A stretch of DNA of 63,443 bases, the filler included, from Octopus bimaculoides (taxonomy: Eukaryota): the NCBI RefSeq assembly GCF_001194135.2. It is 5 parts of 5 records of this genome, joined end to end, with 100 filler letters (N's around TTAATTAATTAA, not from the genome) between each part and the next. Parts side by side here need not be neighbours in the genome. Positions count along the whole stretch, not along the records: positions 53,377 to 63,443 come from NC_068986.1; 4 more parts are not named here. One strand, written 5' to 3'. Within the stretch, counting starts at the first letter, position 1. Every line of letters begins with the position of its first letter. The notes beneath the pieces were generated by a model that searched no databases, was not told where the DNA came from, and worked only from the letters and a program-made list of their open reading frames with translations. Position numbers and translations under genes: made by a program. Positions 62,690 through 63,443 of the stretch are shown in pieces.

Positions 62690-62915
62690 CTGCACATGCG
62701 CACAAGGAGTGTAAACACCAAATTGAGTGTAATCAACAAATTGAGAGTGCCTGGGCATTTTTAAAGCGTGGAAACAAACGCCGGTGTGGGATACACCGTT
62801 CCATGGTTGACTCTTTGCGAATTTATGTAGAGAAGATGATATGAGAAAGATAATTTATTTTATAAAATCCTAGAGTGTATTGCAAACTTTCGTTCTTGAG
62901 TTATTTTCAACTACT
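62690..62915 (+). mobile_element. Merlin (IS1016/ISXO2-like) transposase C-terminal remnant
   Basis: QQIESAWAFLKRGNKRRCGIHRSMVDS / LCEFM*RR*YEKDNLFYKILECIA matches the HTQxIESxW...SYLxEFMWR...ILxxI end of Merlin transposases. Confidence 0.7.
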
Positions 62916-62987
62916 AAATGTCTGTTTTAAGCAATGTTTCGATTGTTATTTCTAGCAACTCCTGTTGGTTTGCACGTAGCTTTTAAA

Positions 62988-63398
62988 TACTCTTTTACTC
63001 TTTTACTTGTTTCAGTCATTTGACTGTGGCCATGCTGGAGCAGCGCCTTTAGTCGAGCAAATCGACCCCAGGACTTGGTTTTTGGATGCCTAGTACTTAT
63101 TCTCTCGGTCTCTTTTGCCGAACCGCTATGTTACGGGGACGTAAACACACCAGCATCGGTTGTCAAGCGATGTTGGGGGGACAAACACAGACACACAAAC
63201 ATATACACACACACACATATATATATATACATATATACGACGGGCTTCTTTCAGTTTCCGTCTACCAAATCCACTCACAAGGCTTTGGTCGGCCCGAGGC
63301 TATAGTAGAAGACACTTGCCCAAGGTGCCACGCAGCGGGACTGAACCCAGAACCATATGGTTGATAAGCTAGCTATTTTCACAGCCACTCTGCGCCTA
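62988..63398 (-). mobile_element. SINE family A, full length
   Basis: Complete head, central domain, internal microsatellite and (GTAAAAGA)n tail. Confidence 0.93.
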
Positions 63399-63443
63399 TA
63401 TTTAATTTGCTCGCGAATGTTTTAATACTTTTCACTGTTTATT

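Overview
Repeat-saturated, AT-rich eukaryotic genomic window. It contains many N gaps, four of which carry a TTAATTAATTAA filler. The SINE families, the (TA)n/(CA)n load and the gap style suggest an octopus/cephalopod draft assembly (inference). I found no host protein-coding gene I can support; most long ORFs in the track are microsatellite or N artefacts. The interpretable sequence is mobile DNA. It includes at least five tRNA-headed SINE families and decayed LINEs (RTE, RTE/RTE-X-like, CR1/L2-like, HERO/R2-like). It also holds two decayed Penelope-like elements (PLEs; one with RT and GIY-YIG, one with only the GIY-YIG end), three mariner remnants, a Merlin remnant, and hAT and Tc1/mariner MITEs. 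The main hidden signal is a set of type I hammerhead ribozyme (HHR) motifs, folded by hand, each with a palindromic helix III (3215-3260, 44639-44702, 48250-48385, 52858-52947, plus variant-core copies at 25.4, 52.3 and 61.3 kb). The most striking is an intact HHR inside a 249-bp, TSD-bounded SINE with a tRNA-Arg-like head (3156-3404). This looks like a Pol III-driven, self-cleaving non-autonomous retroelement that may be mobilised by PLEs (inference). All folds and translations were done by eye and need computational confirmation.
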